From a bacterium (lineage in GTDB: Bacteria > Sysuimicrobiota > Sysuimicrobiia > Sysuimicrobiales > Segetimicrobiaceae), in the NCBI GenBank assembly GCA_036275835.1, contig DASUDA010000164.1, forward strand, positions 1 through 13,172: DNA of 13,172 nucleotides. Reading direction: 5' to 3'. A program made the translations under genes and the position numbers. Numbering within the stretch: position 1 is the stretch's first letter; each line of letters begins with the position of its first letter. This document shows positions 1 to 8,894 of the stretch, one piece after another. Below the pieces are notes generated by a model that was given only the letters and a program-made list of their open reading frames with translations, did not search any database and was not told the DNA's origin.

Positions 1-130
1 CCCCCTGTCCGTCTCCGATTTCCACCCGATTCCGCCCCCAGGCGTGTGGCTAAGATCGAATGGAAACGGGTATTTACCCTTGAGAACACGACGCCCCGTC
101 GGCGCCAACGGAGAATACGGAGGGAGCCAT

Positions 131-406
131 ATGGTGCGGTATACGGTCACAAAGCCAAATGGCGAGCCCTATCATTGGAGCGACGTCAGCGAGGGGTGGG
201 CAGATTATCCAATCTTCTTGCGCCGGGAAAGCGACGCTCTGGATGTGGCAAGCTTTCTGGAAGAGAAATTTGGGGCGTCCCGTGTGAAAGGGCTCGATGC
301 TCCGAGTACGTACCAGCGCGAGAAGATCCCCGAACGGATGGACAGCCTCGACATTCAGTTGGCTCTGTGGATAGCAGAATCCAGAGCACGGGGCGAAGCG
401 GCATAA
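131..406 (+). CDS. hypothetical small protein (91 aa), no recognisable family
   Basis: This sits inside the open frame 44..406. The ATG at 131 is preceded by GGAGGG (119-124) at 6-nt spacing, whereas the upstream in-frame ATG at 44 has no SD, so I prefer 131. Codon usage matches neighbouring genes, with G/C-rich third positions. I recognise no motif by eye. Confidence 0.4.
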   Translation: MVRYTVTKPNGEPYHWSDVSEGWADYPIFLRRESDALDVASFLEEKFGASRVKGLDAPSTYQREKIPERMDSLDIQLALWIAESRARGEAA

Positions 407-464
407 TCGCGATCATTCCTTCCCCTTGATCTGACCGCGCACAGAATATCGCAGGAGACTAAGG

Positions 465-1337
465 TCAGGGACTCTTCGGGGGAGGCGTGAACGAACGCCC
501 GGCGTAGTCCAGGAACGGTTGGAGCAGCCGGGTAAACTCCATCGGGAACACGAACTTCGTCGCGGGGCTCGCGCCGAGCGCCTTCAGCGCTTCGAGGTAC
601 TGCAGGCTCATCGTATTTGTGTCCACGGTCTTCGCGATGGCGAAGATCTTGTCCAGGGCGAGTGAAAAGCCTTCTGCCCGGAGGATCGCCGCCTGGCGGT
701 CTCCCTCCGCCTTGAGGATCGCCGCTTGCTTCTCGCCTTCCGCGATCGTGATGGCGGCCTGCTTCTTCCCATCCGCCTCCGTCACCAAGGCGCGCCGGCT
801 GCGCTCGGCCGACATCTGCCGGGTCATCGCCTCCTGGACGTCCCTCGGCGGCGTGATCTCGCGGATCTCCACGGTCGTCACCTTAACGCCCCACCGCTCG
901 GTTGCCTCGTCGAGCTTGGCGCGCAACACCTGGTTGATCTGTTCCCGCTTGGCCAGCACGTCGTCCAGGATGATGTCGCCGATGACCGCGCGGAGGCCCG
1001 TCGTCGCGATCCCCTGCGCCGCGCCGGCGAAGTTCTCGACCTGGATCACGCTAAGCGACGGGTCGATCACCTTCCAGTAGATGAGGAAGTCGATGGAGAT
1101 CGGGGCGTTGTCTTTCGTGATGCATGTCTGGGCTGGGATCTCGAGGAAGACCTCGCGGAGATCGACCCACCTCGCCTTATCGACAAGCGGAATGACGAAC
1201 ACGACCCCCGGGCCCTTGTCCCCCGTGCTGCGGCCCAGGCGGAACACGACGAGGCGCTGATACTCACGGACGACCTTTATCCCGTTCCACAGCATGAGTA
1301 CGACAATGACGAGGATGCCGATCCCTAAACCCCCCAC
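465..1337 (-). CDS. SPFH / band-7 family membrane protein (stomatin/prohibitin/QmcA-like)
   Basis: The 290-aa product has an N-terminal hydrophobic helix (GIGILVIVVLMLW). The SPFH core follows (VVFRLGR..GPGVVFVIPLVD..V.DLRE). A C-terminal coiled-coil, Ala/Glu/Lys-rich repeat (EGEKQAAILKAEGDRQAAILRAEG) is typical of stomatin-like proteins. The start is a GTG at 1337 with a strong SD (GGGAGGAGG, reverse complement of 1341-1349). Confidence 0.85.
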   Translation of the reverse strand: MGGLGIGILVIVVLMLWNGIKVVREYQRLVVFRLGRSTGDKGPGVVFVIPLVDKARWVDLREVFLEIPAQTCITKDNAPISIDFLIYWKVIDPSLSVIQVENFAGAAQGIATTGLRAVIGDIILDDVLAKREQINQVLRAKLDEATERWGVKVTTVEIREITPPRDVQEAMTRQMSAERSRRALVTEADGKKQAAITIAEGEKQAAILKAEGDRQAAILRAEGFSLALDKIFAIAKTVDTNTMSLQYLEALKALGASPATKFVFPMEFTRLLQPFLDYAGRSFTPPPKSP

Positions 1338-1448
1338 CGGTTTCCTCCTCCCTCTATCCGCGCACCCCTTCGCTCCTTTGCGACGGGCCCCCTTCTGTTC
1401 CCGAGCACTCGCGGGAGGTCCGCGGTCTCGCGCCGAACTCGGTCAGGT

Positions 1449-2642
1449 ATGTCGTGGATGATCACCGAGGGCGAGATCCGGAGGCGCCAGGGCCGCGTCC
1501 GGGAGGAGCTCGCCCAGCGGGGTCTCGGAGGCCTGTGCGTCTTCAGCCCGACGCAGATTTTCTATCTCACCGGGTTCGCCTTCATCCAGACCGAGCGCCC
1601 TATCGGGCTGGCCTTCCCCCTGGCCGGCCGCACCGTCCTCCTCGTACCGCGCCTGGAGGAAGAGCACTCGCGCCTCTTCGCTCGTGTCGATGAGATCGCA
1701 TCCTACCCCGAGTACCCCGGGCGCGTGCATCCCCTCAAGCGGTTCGCGGAGATCTGCGGCGATATCGGGCTGGCATCCGCCGCCGTGGGCGTGGACAGCG
1801 ATGGCTACGGCGGCGGGTACGGGTACCGCGGCCCGACTCTCCGCGAACTCCTGCGCGACGCCCGGGTGACTCCCGCGCGGGACCTCGTCGAGGAGATGAT
1901 GGCGGTGAAGTCGCCTGAGGAGGTCGCCTTGATCCGCGAGAGCGTGGTGTGGGGGAATCTCGCCCACGCGCTCCTGCAGCAGTATACGCGGCCCGGGCTG
2001 AACGAGACCGACGTGACCGGCCGCGCCTCCGTGGATGCCACCCAGGCGATGATCCGTGCGCTCGGGCCGTCGTACCGGCCGCTTTCCTGGCACTGGTCCG
2101 GCGCCCACGCCGGCTACCGGGGCCAGATCGGGAAGGACTCTGCGATCCCGCACTCCATGACCAGCAACGCCGTATTCCGCGCAGGCGACGTCCTCGTCAG
2201 CGGCGCGGGGGCCGGGGTGGGGGGATACGGGAGCGAGCTCGAGCGGACGATGATCGTCGGAGTGCCGGACGACCGGCAGAGGCGGTATTTCGACCTGATG
2301 CTGGGCGCCCAAGAGGAGGCGTTCGGCACGATCCGGCCGGGCGCCCGGTGCTCCGACGTGGACAGGGCGGTCTTGGCGTACTTCGAAGCGCACGATCTGT
2401 TGCCGTACTGGCGCCATCACGCCGGCCACGCGCTCGGGATCGGCATGCATGAGGCTCCGTTCCTCGATGTCGGCGACGAGTCACTGATCCGGCCGGGTAT
2501 GGTGTTCAGCGTCGAACCGGGGATCTACATCCCCGATTACGCCGGCTTTCGCCACTCGGACACGGTGCTGGTGACCGACGCGGGGATCGAATGCCTGACC
2601 CGCTATCCGCGCGCGCTGGACGCGCTGACCATCCCGGCGTGA
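1449..2642 (+). CDS. M24 family metallopeptidase (Xaa-Pro aminopeptidase / creatinase-prolidase fold)
   Basis: The 397-aa product has a creatinase-N-like N-terminal domain. The C-terminal pita-bread domain carries conserved metal-ligand motifs (HSMTSN.VF..GDVLVSGAGAGVGGYGSELERT, HHAGHALGIGMHEAP, FSVEPGIY). An ATG at 1449 and an alternative ATG at 1458 are both possible; the SD is weak. Confidence 0.8.
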   Translation: MSWMITEGEIRRRQGRVREELAQRGLGGLCVFSPTQIFYLTGFAFIQTERPIGLAFPLAGRTVLLVPRLEEEHSRLFARVDEIASYPEYPGRVHPLKRFAEICGDIGLASAAVGVDSDGYGGGYGYRGPTLRELLRDARVTPARDLVEEMMAVKSPEEVALIRESVVWGNLAHALLQQYTRPGLNETDVTGRASVDATQAMIRALGPSYRPLSWHWSGAHAGYRGQIGKDSAIPHSMTSNAVFRAGDVLVSGAGAGVGGYGSELERTMIVGVPDDRQRRYFDLMLGAQEEAFGTIRPGARCSDVDRAVLAYFEAHDLLPYWRHHAGHALGIGMHEAPFLDVGDESLIRPGMVFSVEPGIYIPDYAGFRHSDTVLVTDAGIECLTRYPRALDALTIPA

Positions 2643-2649
2643 GCGCCGG

Positions 2650-4014
2650 CTACACCACCGCGGGGCGAAGGGCGCCGAGGTCGATCCGCCGCTGCACGAA
2701 GTTGACGTAGACCTCGCCGCGCCGGAAGAACGCGTTGTCCAGGACCGCCAGGTGGAAGGGGATCGTCGTCCGGATCCCCCCAATCTCGAACTCGCCCAGC
2801 GCCCGCTGCATCCGTATGATGGCCTCGTTGCGGTCCCGTCCCCACGCGATCACCTTGGCCACGAGCGAGTCATAATGCGGCGGAATGGTGTAGCCGGCAA
2901 ACGCGTGGGTGTCCACCCGAATGCCGGGCCCCCCGGGAGGCACGAAGGCGATGATCGGGCCGGGCGAGGGCAGGAAGTCCCGCGCCGGATCCTCCGCGTT
3001 CACCCGGCACTCGATCGCGTGCCCGTGCACCTCGATCTCGCGCGGCAGGGTCGCCTTCTCTCCGGCCGCGATCCGGATCTGCTCCTTGACCAGGTCGATA
3101 CCGGTGACCATCTCGGTCACCGGATGCTCGACTTGAATGCGTGTGTTCATCTCCATGAAGTAGAAGTGTTCCTCGCTGTCCACCAGGAACTCGACCGTCC
3201 CGGCGTTGACGTAGCCCACGGTCTCGGCCGCCCGCACAGCGGCGCGCGCGAGGGCGCGGCGGAGCCGCGCACCGATCCCCACGGCGGGGGATTCCTCGAT
3301 CAGCTTCTGATGACGCCGCTGGACGGAGCAGTCGCGCTCTCCCAGCGCGACGACCGCGCCCCGGCCGTCGGCCAGGATCTGCATCTCGATGTGGCGCGGC
3401 TGCTCGAGGTACTTCTCGATGTAGACGGCCCCGTTGCCGAAGGCGGCCTCGGCCTCGACCTGCGCGGCGTTGAGGGAGCGCCGCACATCCTCGAGGGTGT
3501 GCACGACGCGCATGCCCCGTCCCCCGCCCCCGGCCGCGGCTTTGATGATCAGCGGGAACCCGATCTCGCGGGCGGTGGCGAGCGCCGCGGCCTCGTCGCG
3601 AATGGGTCCGGTGCTGCCCGGAATTACGGGCACGCCGGCTTTGCGCATCATCTGCCGGGCGGCCGCCTTGTCCCCCATCTGGGCGATCGCCGACGCGGGC
3701 GGGCCGATGAAGACGATGCGGCAGTCCTGGCAGATCTCGGCGAAGTGCGGGTTTTCTGCGAGGAACCCGTAGCCCGGGTGGATCGCATCCACGCCCAGCA
3801 GCTCCGCCGTGCTCATGATGTTCGGGATGTTCAGGTAGCTGTCGCGAGACGGCGCAGGTCCGATGCAGAAGGCCTCGTCGGCCATCCGCACGTGCAGCGC
3901 CCCGCGGTCGGCGTCCGAATACACCGCCGCGGTGCGGATACCGAGCTCCCGGCAGGCCCGGATGATGCGCACGGCGATCTCTCCGCGGTTGGCGATCAGC
4001 ACCTTACGGAACAT
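2650..4014 (-). CDS. accC: acetyl-CoA carboxylase biotin carboxylase subunit
   Basis: The 454-aa product aligns along its whole length with E. coli AccC ([27 protein letters not shown]-grasp [25 protein letters not shown]). It converges on the peptidase gene with a 7-bp gap. Confidence 0.9.
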   Translation of the reverse strand: MFRKVLIANRGEIAVRIIRACRELGIRTAAVYSDADRGALHVRMADEAFCIGPAPSRDSYLNIPNIMSTAELLGVDAIHPGYGFLAENPHFAEICQDCRIVFIGPPASAIAQMGDKAAARQMMRKAGVPVIPGSTGPIRDEAAALATAREIGFPLIIKAAAGGGGRGMRVVHTLEDVRRSLNAAQVEAEAAFGNGAVYIEKYLEQPRHIEMQILADGRGAVVALGERDCSVQRRHQKLIEESPAVGIGARLRRALARAAVRAAETVGYVNAGTVEFLVDSEEHFYFMEMNTRIQVEHPVTEMVTGIDLVKEQIRIAAGEKATLPREIEVHGHAIECRVNAEDPARDFLPSPGPIIAFVPPGGPGIRVDTHAFAGYTIPPHYDSLVAKVIAWGRDRNEAIIRMQRALGEFEIGGIRTTIPFHLAVLDNAFFRRGEVYVNFVQRRIDLGALRPAVV

Positions 4015-4033
4015 CTATGTGCTCCCGCGATCG

Positions 4034-4519
4034 TCATGCGGCAGATGGATCCACCAGGAACAGAGGCTGCCCGAACTCGACCGGGGCGCCGTTTTCCACC
4101 AGGATGCGCACAATCCGCCCCGCCACATCGCTCGGGATCTCGTTGAACAGCTTCATCGCCTCGAGGATGCAGACGATCTGGCCGGGCTCCACCTGATCTC
4201 CTTCGGAGACAAACGGCGCGGCGTCGGGTTTGGGGGCCCGATAGAACGTCCCCACCATCGGCGCCACGATCGGTACATACCCAGTCGCGGTCGGCGGGGC
4301 GACCACCGGCGCTCCCGGCGGGGCCGCCACCTCCGTCCGCGGCACGGACACCGAGACGACCGGTTCCGGAGAACCCGAAGGGGAGGGCGCGGAGTCGCCT
4401 TTTCGGATGCGCACTTTGACGTGGGGCGCATCAACGAAGAGTTCGGTGATCTCGGCCTCGGTGGCGAGCCGGATCAGCGCCCGGATTTCCTCAAGGTCCA
4501 GCCGTCCCTCCTCGCTCAT
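4034..4519 (-). CDS. accB: acetyl-CoA carboxylase biotin carboxyl carrier protein
   Basis: The 161-aa product has a Pro/Ala-rich linker followed by a C-terminal biotinyl domain containing EAMKL (biotinyl-Lys123, codon at 4151-4153). GGGAG lies 19 nt upstream of the accC ATG. The accB ATG overlaps the accA stop (ATGA, 4516-4519). Confidence 0.85.
   Translation of the reverse strand: MSEEGRLDLEEIRALIRLATEAEITELFVDAPHVKVRIRKGDSAPSPSGSPEPVVSVSVPRTEVAAPPGAPVVAPPTATGYVPIVAPMVGTFYRAPKPDAAPFVSEGDQVEPGQIVCILEAMKLFNEIPSDVAGRIVRILVENGAPVEFGQPLFLVDPSAA
4151..4153 (-). other. accB: predicted biotin attachment lysine codon (AccB K123 in EAMKL motif)
   Basis: The reverse complement of ctt at 4151-4153 is AAG (Lys), within the conserved E-A-M-K-(M/L) biotinylation motif. 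Confidence 0.6.
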
Positions 4520-5592
4520 TCCGCCCGCCCTCCCCCGCTCCGCACGGCTTTCCCCGCCTGAGGCGCGTCCCCCGCCGCCTGCGGCTCTCCCAGGTCCCGC
4601 AGCCGGCCGAGGCGGCGGAACTTCTCATAGCGGGCGGCGCGCAGCGCGTCGGCCGGGCGCCCAACGAATGCGGCGAGGTGCCGGTGCACGGCGGCGATCA
4701 CCGCCGCCACGGCCGCATCGGGATGGGCATGGGCTCCGCCGGGCGGTTCCGGAATGATCTCATCGACGACGCCGAACTCGGTAAGGTCCTTCGCGGTGAT
4801 CCGCAGGGCCTGCGCGGCTTCCCGGCCTCGGGACCCGTCCCGCCAGAGAATCGCGGCGCATCCTTCCGGCGAGATCACGGAATAGATGGCGTGCTCCAGC
4901 ATGAGGATGACGTCGCCCAGGCCTATCGCCAGCGCTCCTCCGCTCCCGCCTTCCCCGGTGATCACCGTGACGATGGGGGTGCGGAGGCGGGCCATGTCCA
5001 GCAGGGCCCGCGCGATCGCCTCGCTCTGGCCCCGCTCTTCCGCCTCTTTGCCGGGGAACGCGCCCGGAGTGTCGATCAGGGTGACGACCGGAGCTCCCAG
5101 TTTCTCCGCCAGCCGCATCACGCGCAGGGCCTTGCGGTAGCCCTCCGGGTTTGGCATCCCGAAGTTCCGGGCGATGTTCTCCCTGGTGTCGCGGCCCTTG
5201 GCGTGCCCGACGAGGGCGGCCGGACGGCCGTCCACCATCCCGAGCCCCGCCACGATCGCCGGGTCATCGCGGAACGCCCGGTCCCCGTGCATCTCCACAA
5301 ACTCGGTGGCGAGCCCGGCGATATAGTCGCCGACTCGGGGGCGCCCGGAATGGCGGGCCAGCTGGACCGTCTGCCACGGCGACGGGCTGCGGGCGATCGC
5401 TTCGCGCAACTCCTCGGCGCGGGCCTCCAGGGCGGTGATCTGGGCGGCCAGGTCCATGTGTTGAGTGGCGGTGATGCGCCGGAGGTCCCGGAGCTCTCGC
5501 TCCACCTCCGCCAGGTCTCGCTCCAGAGGCCCCTCGGAGCCGGCCGGTTCGGGGCCAGGGCCGCGGGCGATGTCAGGCGGGCGCGCGGCCAT
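4516..5592 (-). CDS. accA: acetyl-CoA carboxylase carboxyltransferase alpha subunit
   Basis: The open frame reaches 5724, but the first in-frame ATG at 5592 (MAARPPDI..) gives a 358-aa product collinear with E. coli AccA ([55 protein letters not shown]). The ORF segment 5593-5724 would read through the accD 3' end. The 5592 start overlaps the accD stop by 20 nt. Confidence 0.8.
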   Translation of the reverse strand: MAARPPDIARGPGPEPAGSEGPLERDLAEVERELRDLRRITATQHMDLAAQITALEARAEELREAIARSPSPWQTVQLARHSGRPRVGDYIAGLATEFVEMHGDRAFRDDPAIVAGLGMVDGRPAALVGHAKGRDTRENIARNFGMPNPEGYRKALRVMRLAEKLGAPVVTLIDTPGAFPGKEAEERGQSEAIARALLDMARLRTPIVTVITGEGGSGGALAIGLGDVILMLEHAIYSVISPEGCAAILWRDGSRGREAAQALRITAKDLTEFGVVDEIIPEPPGGAHAHPDAAVAAVIAAVHRHLAAFVGRPADALRAARYEKFRRLGRLRDLGEPQAAGDAPQAGKAVRSGGGRAE

Positions 5593-6493
5593 CGGTCGAG
5601 GGACTCTCTGCGCTCGCCCACCCCTGAGCGGGCGCGCCAACGCGGCCGGCATCCACCGGCGCCCCGCAGAAGCGGAGAAGCCGTCCGAGCGCGGGACGCA
5701 GATCCGGCCGCGGCACGATCGCATCGACCAGCCCGTGCTCCATCAGGAATTCGGCGGTCTGGAATCCCTCCGGCAGTTTTTGCCGGATGGTCTGCTCGAT
5801 CACGCGCCGTCCCGCGAAGCCGACGAGGGCGCCCGGTTCCGCGAGAATGAGGTCGCCCTGGAAAGCGAAGCTGGCGGCGACGCCGCCGGTCGTGGGATCG
5901 CAGAGCACCGAGAGAAAGGCGACTCCCGCGTCGGCCAGCCGTCCCAGCGCGACGCTCGCCTTCGCCATCTGCATCAGGGACAGGGTTCCTTCCTGCATGC
6001 GCGCGCCCCCGGACGCCGCGAACAGAATGAGCGGCTGACGGGTGTCGACGGCGCGCTCGGCGCTGCGGGCGACTTTTTCTCCCACGACAGCCCCCATGCT
6101 GCCCCCGAGGAAGCCGAACTCCATCGCTCCCACAACGGCCCGGCCCCCTTCGATCGTCCCCGTTCCGGTGATGATCGCCTCGGGGAGACCCGTGCGCCGC
6201 TGCGCGTCCTCAATCCGCGCGGGGTAGGGCTTCTCGTCGACGAATCCCAAGGGATCCTCGGGGATAAGGCTGCGGTCGGTTTCTTCGAAGGAGTCCTTGT
6301 CGAGGACGATCGCCAGGCGATCGGCCGCCGACAGCCGGTGATGATAGCCGCAGCGGGGGCAGACGCGAAAATTGCGCTCGAGTTCCTTGCGGTAGATCAG
6401 GTTGGCGCATCGGGGACACTTGACCCAGAGGCCTGCGGGGATCTCCCGGCGCTGTGACGACGCCACCTTCGGCCGTCCCAGCCAGTTCAGCAC
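5573..6493 (-). CDS. accD: acetyl-CoA carboxylase carboxyltransferase beta subunit
   Basis: The longest ORF starts at the ATG at 6592, but a GTG at 6493 gives V/M-LNWLGRPK...IPAGLWVKCPRC, which aligns residue-for-residue with the E. coli AccD N-terminus (MSWIERIK...IPEGVWTKCDSC). From that start the product is 306 aa, against 304 aa in E. coli. It carries the Zn-ribbon CPRC..CPRC and the carboxyltransferase core (FGFLGGSMG, SGGARMQEG). Confidence 0.8.
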   Translation of the reverse strand: MLNWLGRPKVASSQRREIPAGLWVKCPRCANLIYRKELERNFRVCPRCGYHHRLSAADRLAIVLDKDSFEETDRSLIPEDPLGFVDEKPYPARIEDAQRRTGLPEAIITGTGTIEGGRAVVGAMEFGFLGGSMGAVVGEKVARSAERAVDTRQPLILFAASGGARMQEGTLSLMQMAKASVALGRLADAGVAFLSVLCDPTTGGVAASFAFQGDLILAEPGALVGFAGRRVIEQTIRQKLPEGFQTAEFLMEHGLVDAIVPRPDLRPALGRLLRFCGAPVDAGRVGAPAQGWASAESPSTDGRAPA

Positions 6494-6559
6494 CGAACGA
6501 CACCCTGGGCCGTTCGCCGGTACGCCAGGTCGCCTCGAGGGGGAGTCACGTTGCCTCCG

Positions 6560-6588
6560 ATTATAACGCACCCTCCCGAACGCGGCAA
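6560..6588 (-). promoter_or_regulatory. candidate sigma-70-type promoter for the accDABC operon (minus strand: TTGCCG -17 nt- TATAAT)
   Basis: Reverse-complementing 6583-6588 gives TTGCCG, and reverse-complementing 6560-6565 gives TATAAT, with a 17-nt spacer. It lies about 67 nt upstream of the preferred accD GTG start at 6493, and inside the over-extended 6592-start ORF. Confidence 0.35.
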
Positions 6589-6635
6589 ACACAGCACGGG
6601 ATCCTAGGCGGCGCCCGGCCGCACCGCAGAGAGGA

Positions 6636-6644
6636 TGCTATAAT
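6636..6644 (+). promoter_or_regulatory. candidate extended -10 promoter (TGcTATAAT) for the htrA-glpX-argS cluster
   Basis: TG at 6636-6637 followed by TATAAT at 6639-6644 is a perfect extended -10. I see no convincing -35. It lies about 35 nt upstream of SD AAGGAGG (6664-6670) and the htrA ATG at 6680. Confidence 0.4.
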
Positions 6645-6679
6645 AGGGAGCGCCGAGAAGAGTAAGGAGGGATCGAGAG

Positions 6680-7846
6680 ATGTCCAGCACCACTCCCCCA
6701 GCGCCCCGGAGGAGACGCCCAGACTATCCGACGGCGGTGCCCCTGGCTCTCGCCATGGTCGCCGCAGGCGCGCTCCTGGGAGGTGTTGTGCTTCCGCAGT
6801 TTGTGCACACGGTATTCTCCTCGCAGCCGGCGCCGCTCGCGCCTGCCCCTTTGACCGCTCAGGCGCCCCCAGCCCCACAGGCGGTGCCCCCCGGTCCTGT
6901 CGGGGTCACGCACGAAGAGCAGGTGGTCATCGACGTGGTGAAGATGGTCCGGCCCTCGGTCGTGAACATCAACACGGAATCCCAGGTCCAAACGTTCTTC
7001 GGCGTGTTCCCCCAGCAGGGCGCCGGGTCCGGCGTGATCGTCCGACCAAATGGGTTCATTCTCACGAACAACCACGTCGTGCAGGGGGCGACGAACATCA
7101 GGGTGACGCTTCTCGGCGGGAAGGTGCTCCCCGGCAAAATCGTGGGAACCGACCCGCTGGCCGACCTGGCCGTGATCAAGGTGAATTCGCCGGACCCGCT
7201 CCCGGCGGCGCAGTTGGGCAGCAGCGGAAGCCTAGAGGTGGGGCAGCTGGCGATCGCAATCGGAAACCCGTTCGGCTTGGGCAGCACCGTCACCACCGGA
7301 GTCATCAGCGCGCTGAACCGCAGTATCCAGGTCCCCAACCTCATCGTCGAAAACCTGATCCAGACGTCCGCCGCGATCAATCCCGGAAACAGCGGGGGGG
7401 CGCTCCTGGACAGCTCCGGGCGGGTGATCGGGATAAACACCGCGATCATCCCGAACGCCCAGGGAATCGGATTCGCCATACCGAGCGACGTCGCCCGGTC
7501 GGAGATGGAGCAACTGATCGCGCAGGGGCGCGTGGTCCGGCCCTGGGTCGGCGTCGTCTACGGCGGCGAAGTCGATCCCCAGACCGCTAAGATGTACAAC
7601 CTGGGGGCCGATCACGGGGTCGTGGTCCGGCAAGTCGAGCCGTCATCGCCGGCGGCCCGGGCCGGCATCCAGCCGAGCGACATCATCACCGCGGTGAACG
7701 GCGAGCGCATCGCGAACTGGAATGATTTCGTCCGCGACATCGTGGCGAAGAAAATCGGGGACACGGTCACCCTGACGCTCATCCGCAACGGCGCTCAGGT
7801 GAAAGTGTCCGTGGTTCTGGCGGAACGCCCCGCGGAGTCCCGGTAG
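6680..7846 (+). CDS. htrA: HtrA/DegP-family trypsin-like serine protease with C-terminal PDZ domain
   Basis: The 388-aa product has an N-terminal TM helix and a Pro/Ala-rich linker. The catalytic triad motifs are TNNHVV (His), DLAVIKV (Asp) and GNSGGAL (Ser). A C-terminal PDZ domain follows (GVVVRQVEPSSPAARAGIQPSDIITAVNG). There is a strong SD at 9-nt spacing. Confidence 0.85.
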   Translation: MSSTTPPAPRRRRPDYPTAVPLALAMVAAGALLGGVVLPQFVHTVFSSQPAPLAPAPLTAQAPPAPQAVPPGPVGVTHEEQVVIDVVKMVRPSVVNINTESQVQTFFGVFPQQGAGSGVIVRPNGFILTNNHVVQGATNIRVTLLGGKVLPGKIVGTDPLADLAVIKVNSPDPLPAAQLGSSGSLEVGQLAIAIGNPFGLGSTVTTGVISALNRSIQVPNLIVENLIQTSAAINPGNSGGALLDSSGRVIGINTAIIPNAQGIGFAIPSDVARSEMEQLIAQGRVVRPWVGVVYGGEVDPQTAKMYNLGADHGVVVRQVEPSSPAARAGIQPSDIITAVNGERIANWNDFVRDIVAKKIGDTVTLTLIRNGAQVKVSVVLAERPAESR

Positions 7847-7871
7847 GGAAGGGGCGGAGGTGCCCAGGCCG

Positions 7872-8843
7872 ATGGAACGGTCTCTCGCGCTGGACCTGGT
7901 CAGGGTCACCGAGGTGGCGGCGATCGCCGCGGCCCACCATATGGGCGAGGGAGACACCGACGCGGCGGACCGGGCGGCCGTGACCGCGATGCGCGAGGTT
8001 CTCGCTGAGCTCCCGATCCGCGGTCGGATCGTGATCGGCGAGGGAGAGCGCGACGAAGCCCCCATGCTCTACATCGGGGAGGACGTGGGGAACGGCGCCG
8101 GCTTTGCGGTGGACGTCGCGGTGGATCCCGTGGAAGGCACGAACCTGGTGGCCAAGGGACTTCCCAACGCGATCGCGATGCTGGCGGTGACGGAACAGGG
8201 TGGGATCCTCCACGCGCCCGATATCTACATGGAAAAGCTCATCGTGCCCCCCCAGGCCGCCGGCAAGGTAGACCTGCGGTGGCCTCCCGAGCGAAACCTT
8301 GAGGTTCTGGCCGACTCTCTGAGGCGCCGGATCGGCGACATCACGGTTGTAATTCTGGACCGGCCGCGTCACGCCGATTTGATTGCCGCCGTCCGCCGGG
8401 TAGGCGCACGAATTAAACTCATCTCCGACGGGGATGTCGCCCCGGCGATCGCCGCCGCCGTCTCCGGCCCCGGCGTGCACGCGGTCATGGGGATCGGCGG
8501 GGCGCCCGAAGGCGTGCTGGCCGCGGCCGCGCTCCGGTGCCTGGGCGGAGAGGTCCAGGGACGGTTCTGGTACCGAAACGACGCTGAACGCCAGCGCGCC
8601 AAGGAGATGGGCATCAGCGACCCGGACCGAATTTTCCACACCGACGAGCTCGTGTCCGGCAAGATGCTGGTCTTCGCCGCGACGGGCATCACCGACGGGG
8701 ACCTCTTCCGCGGCGTGCGGTTGTTCGGCGGCGGCGTCCGGACCCACTCCCTGGTCATGACCGCCGCCCAGCGCCAGATTCGGTTTGTCGACACGACTCA
8801 CGTCCACGACCCGGCGCGGGTCGGCGTCGTCCGGCTCCAGTGA
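7872..8843 (+). CDS. glpX: fructose-1,6-bisphosphatase class II (GlpX family)
   Basis: The product aligns with E. coli GlpX throughout (LAL.L.RVTE.AAIA, IVIGEGE.DEAPMLYIGE, AVDP.EGT, YMEKLIV, GIGGAPEGVLAAAA.R). I prefer the ATG at 7872 (GGAGG 7856-7860) over the GTG at 7860 that the ORF track used. Confidence 0.85.
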   Translation: MERSLALDLVRVTEVAAIAAAHHMGEGDTDAADRAAVTAMREVLAELPIRGRIVIGEGERDEAPMLYIGEDVGNGAGFAVDVAVDPVEGTNLVAKGLPNAIAMLAVTEQGGILHAPDIYMEKLIVPPQAAGKVDLRWPPERNLEVLADSLRRRIGDITVVILDRPRHADLIAAVRRVGARIKLISDGDVAPAIAAAVSGPGVHAVMGIGGAPEGVLAAAALRCLGGEVQGRFWYRNDAERQRAKEMGISDPDRIFHTDELVSGKMLVFAATGITDGDLFRGVRLFGGGVRTHSLVMTAAQRQIRFVDTTHVHDPARVGVVRLQ

Positions 8844-8894
8844 CGCGGGGGCCGCGCCGTACCCTTCCGTCGCCGTGCGGCGCATAGGAAGAGC

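Noticed and set aside
44-130. Longer 120-aa version of the first ORF starting at the ATG at 44, and the overlapping 127-aa ORF 46..429
   Set aside because: Neither has an SD. The 131 start has GGAGGG at ideal spacing. The 46..429 frame is off-phase, with an Arg-rich junk translation.
407-464. Possible bidirectional terminator between the convergent small ORF and the SPFH gene (CTGACC ... GGTCAG)
   Set aside because: It has only a 6-bp stem with a 26-nt loop and no U-tract on either strand, so it is not a convincing intrinsic terminator.
2752-4146. 464-aa plus-strand ORF antisense to accC/accB, and similar long ORFs 4678..5850 (+), 5465..6457 (+), 1443..2450 (-) and 6454..7590 (+)
   Set aside because: All are antisense or off-frame shadows of confidently identified genes (accC, accA, accD, the M24 peptidase, htrA) in GC-rich DNA. 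Their translations are Arg/Pro/Gly/Ala-rich with no motifs or SDs.
5593-5724. N-terminal 44-aa extension of the accA ORF (MRSCRGRICVPRSDGF...)
   Set aside because: It would overlap about 150 nt of accD coding sequence. The ATG at 5592 gives a product collinear with E. coli AccA, so I judge the extension untranslated.
8844-8894. GC-rich inverted repeat (GCGCCG...CGGCGC) between glpX and argS
   Set aside because: It has a short stem, an 18-nt loop and no T-run. It is more likely just spacer plus the argS SD than a terminator or attenuator.
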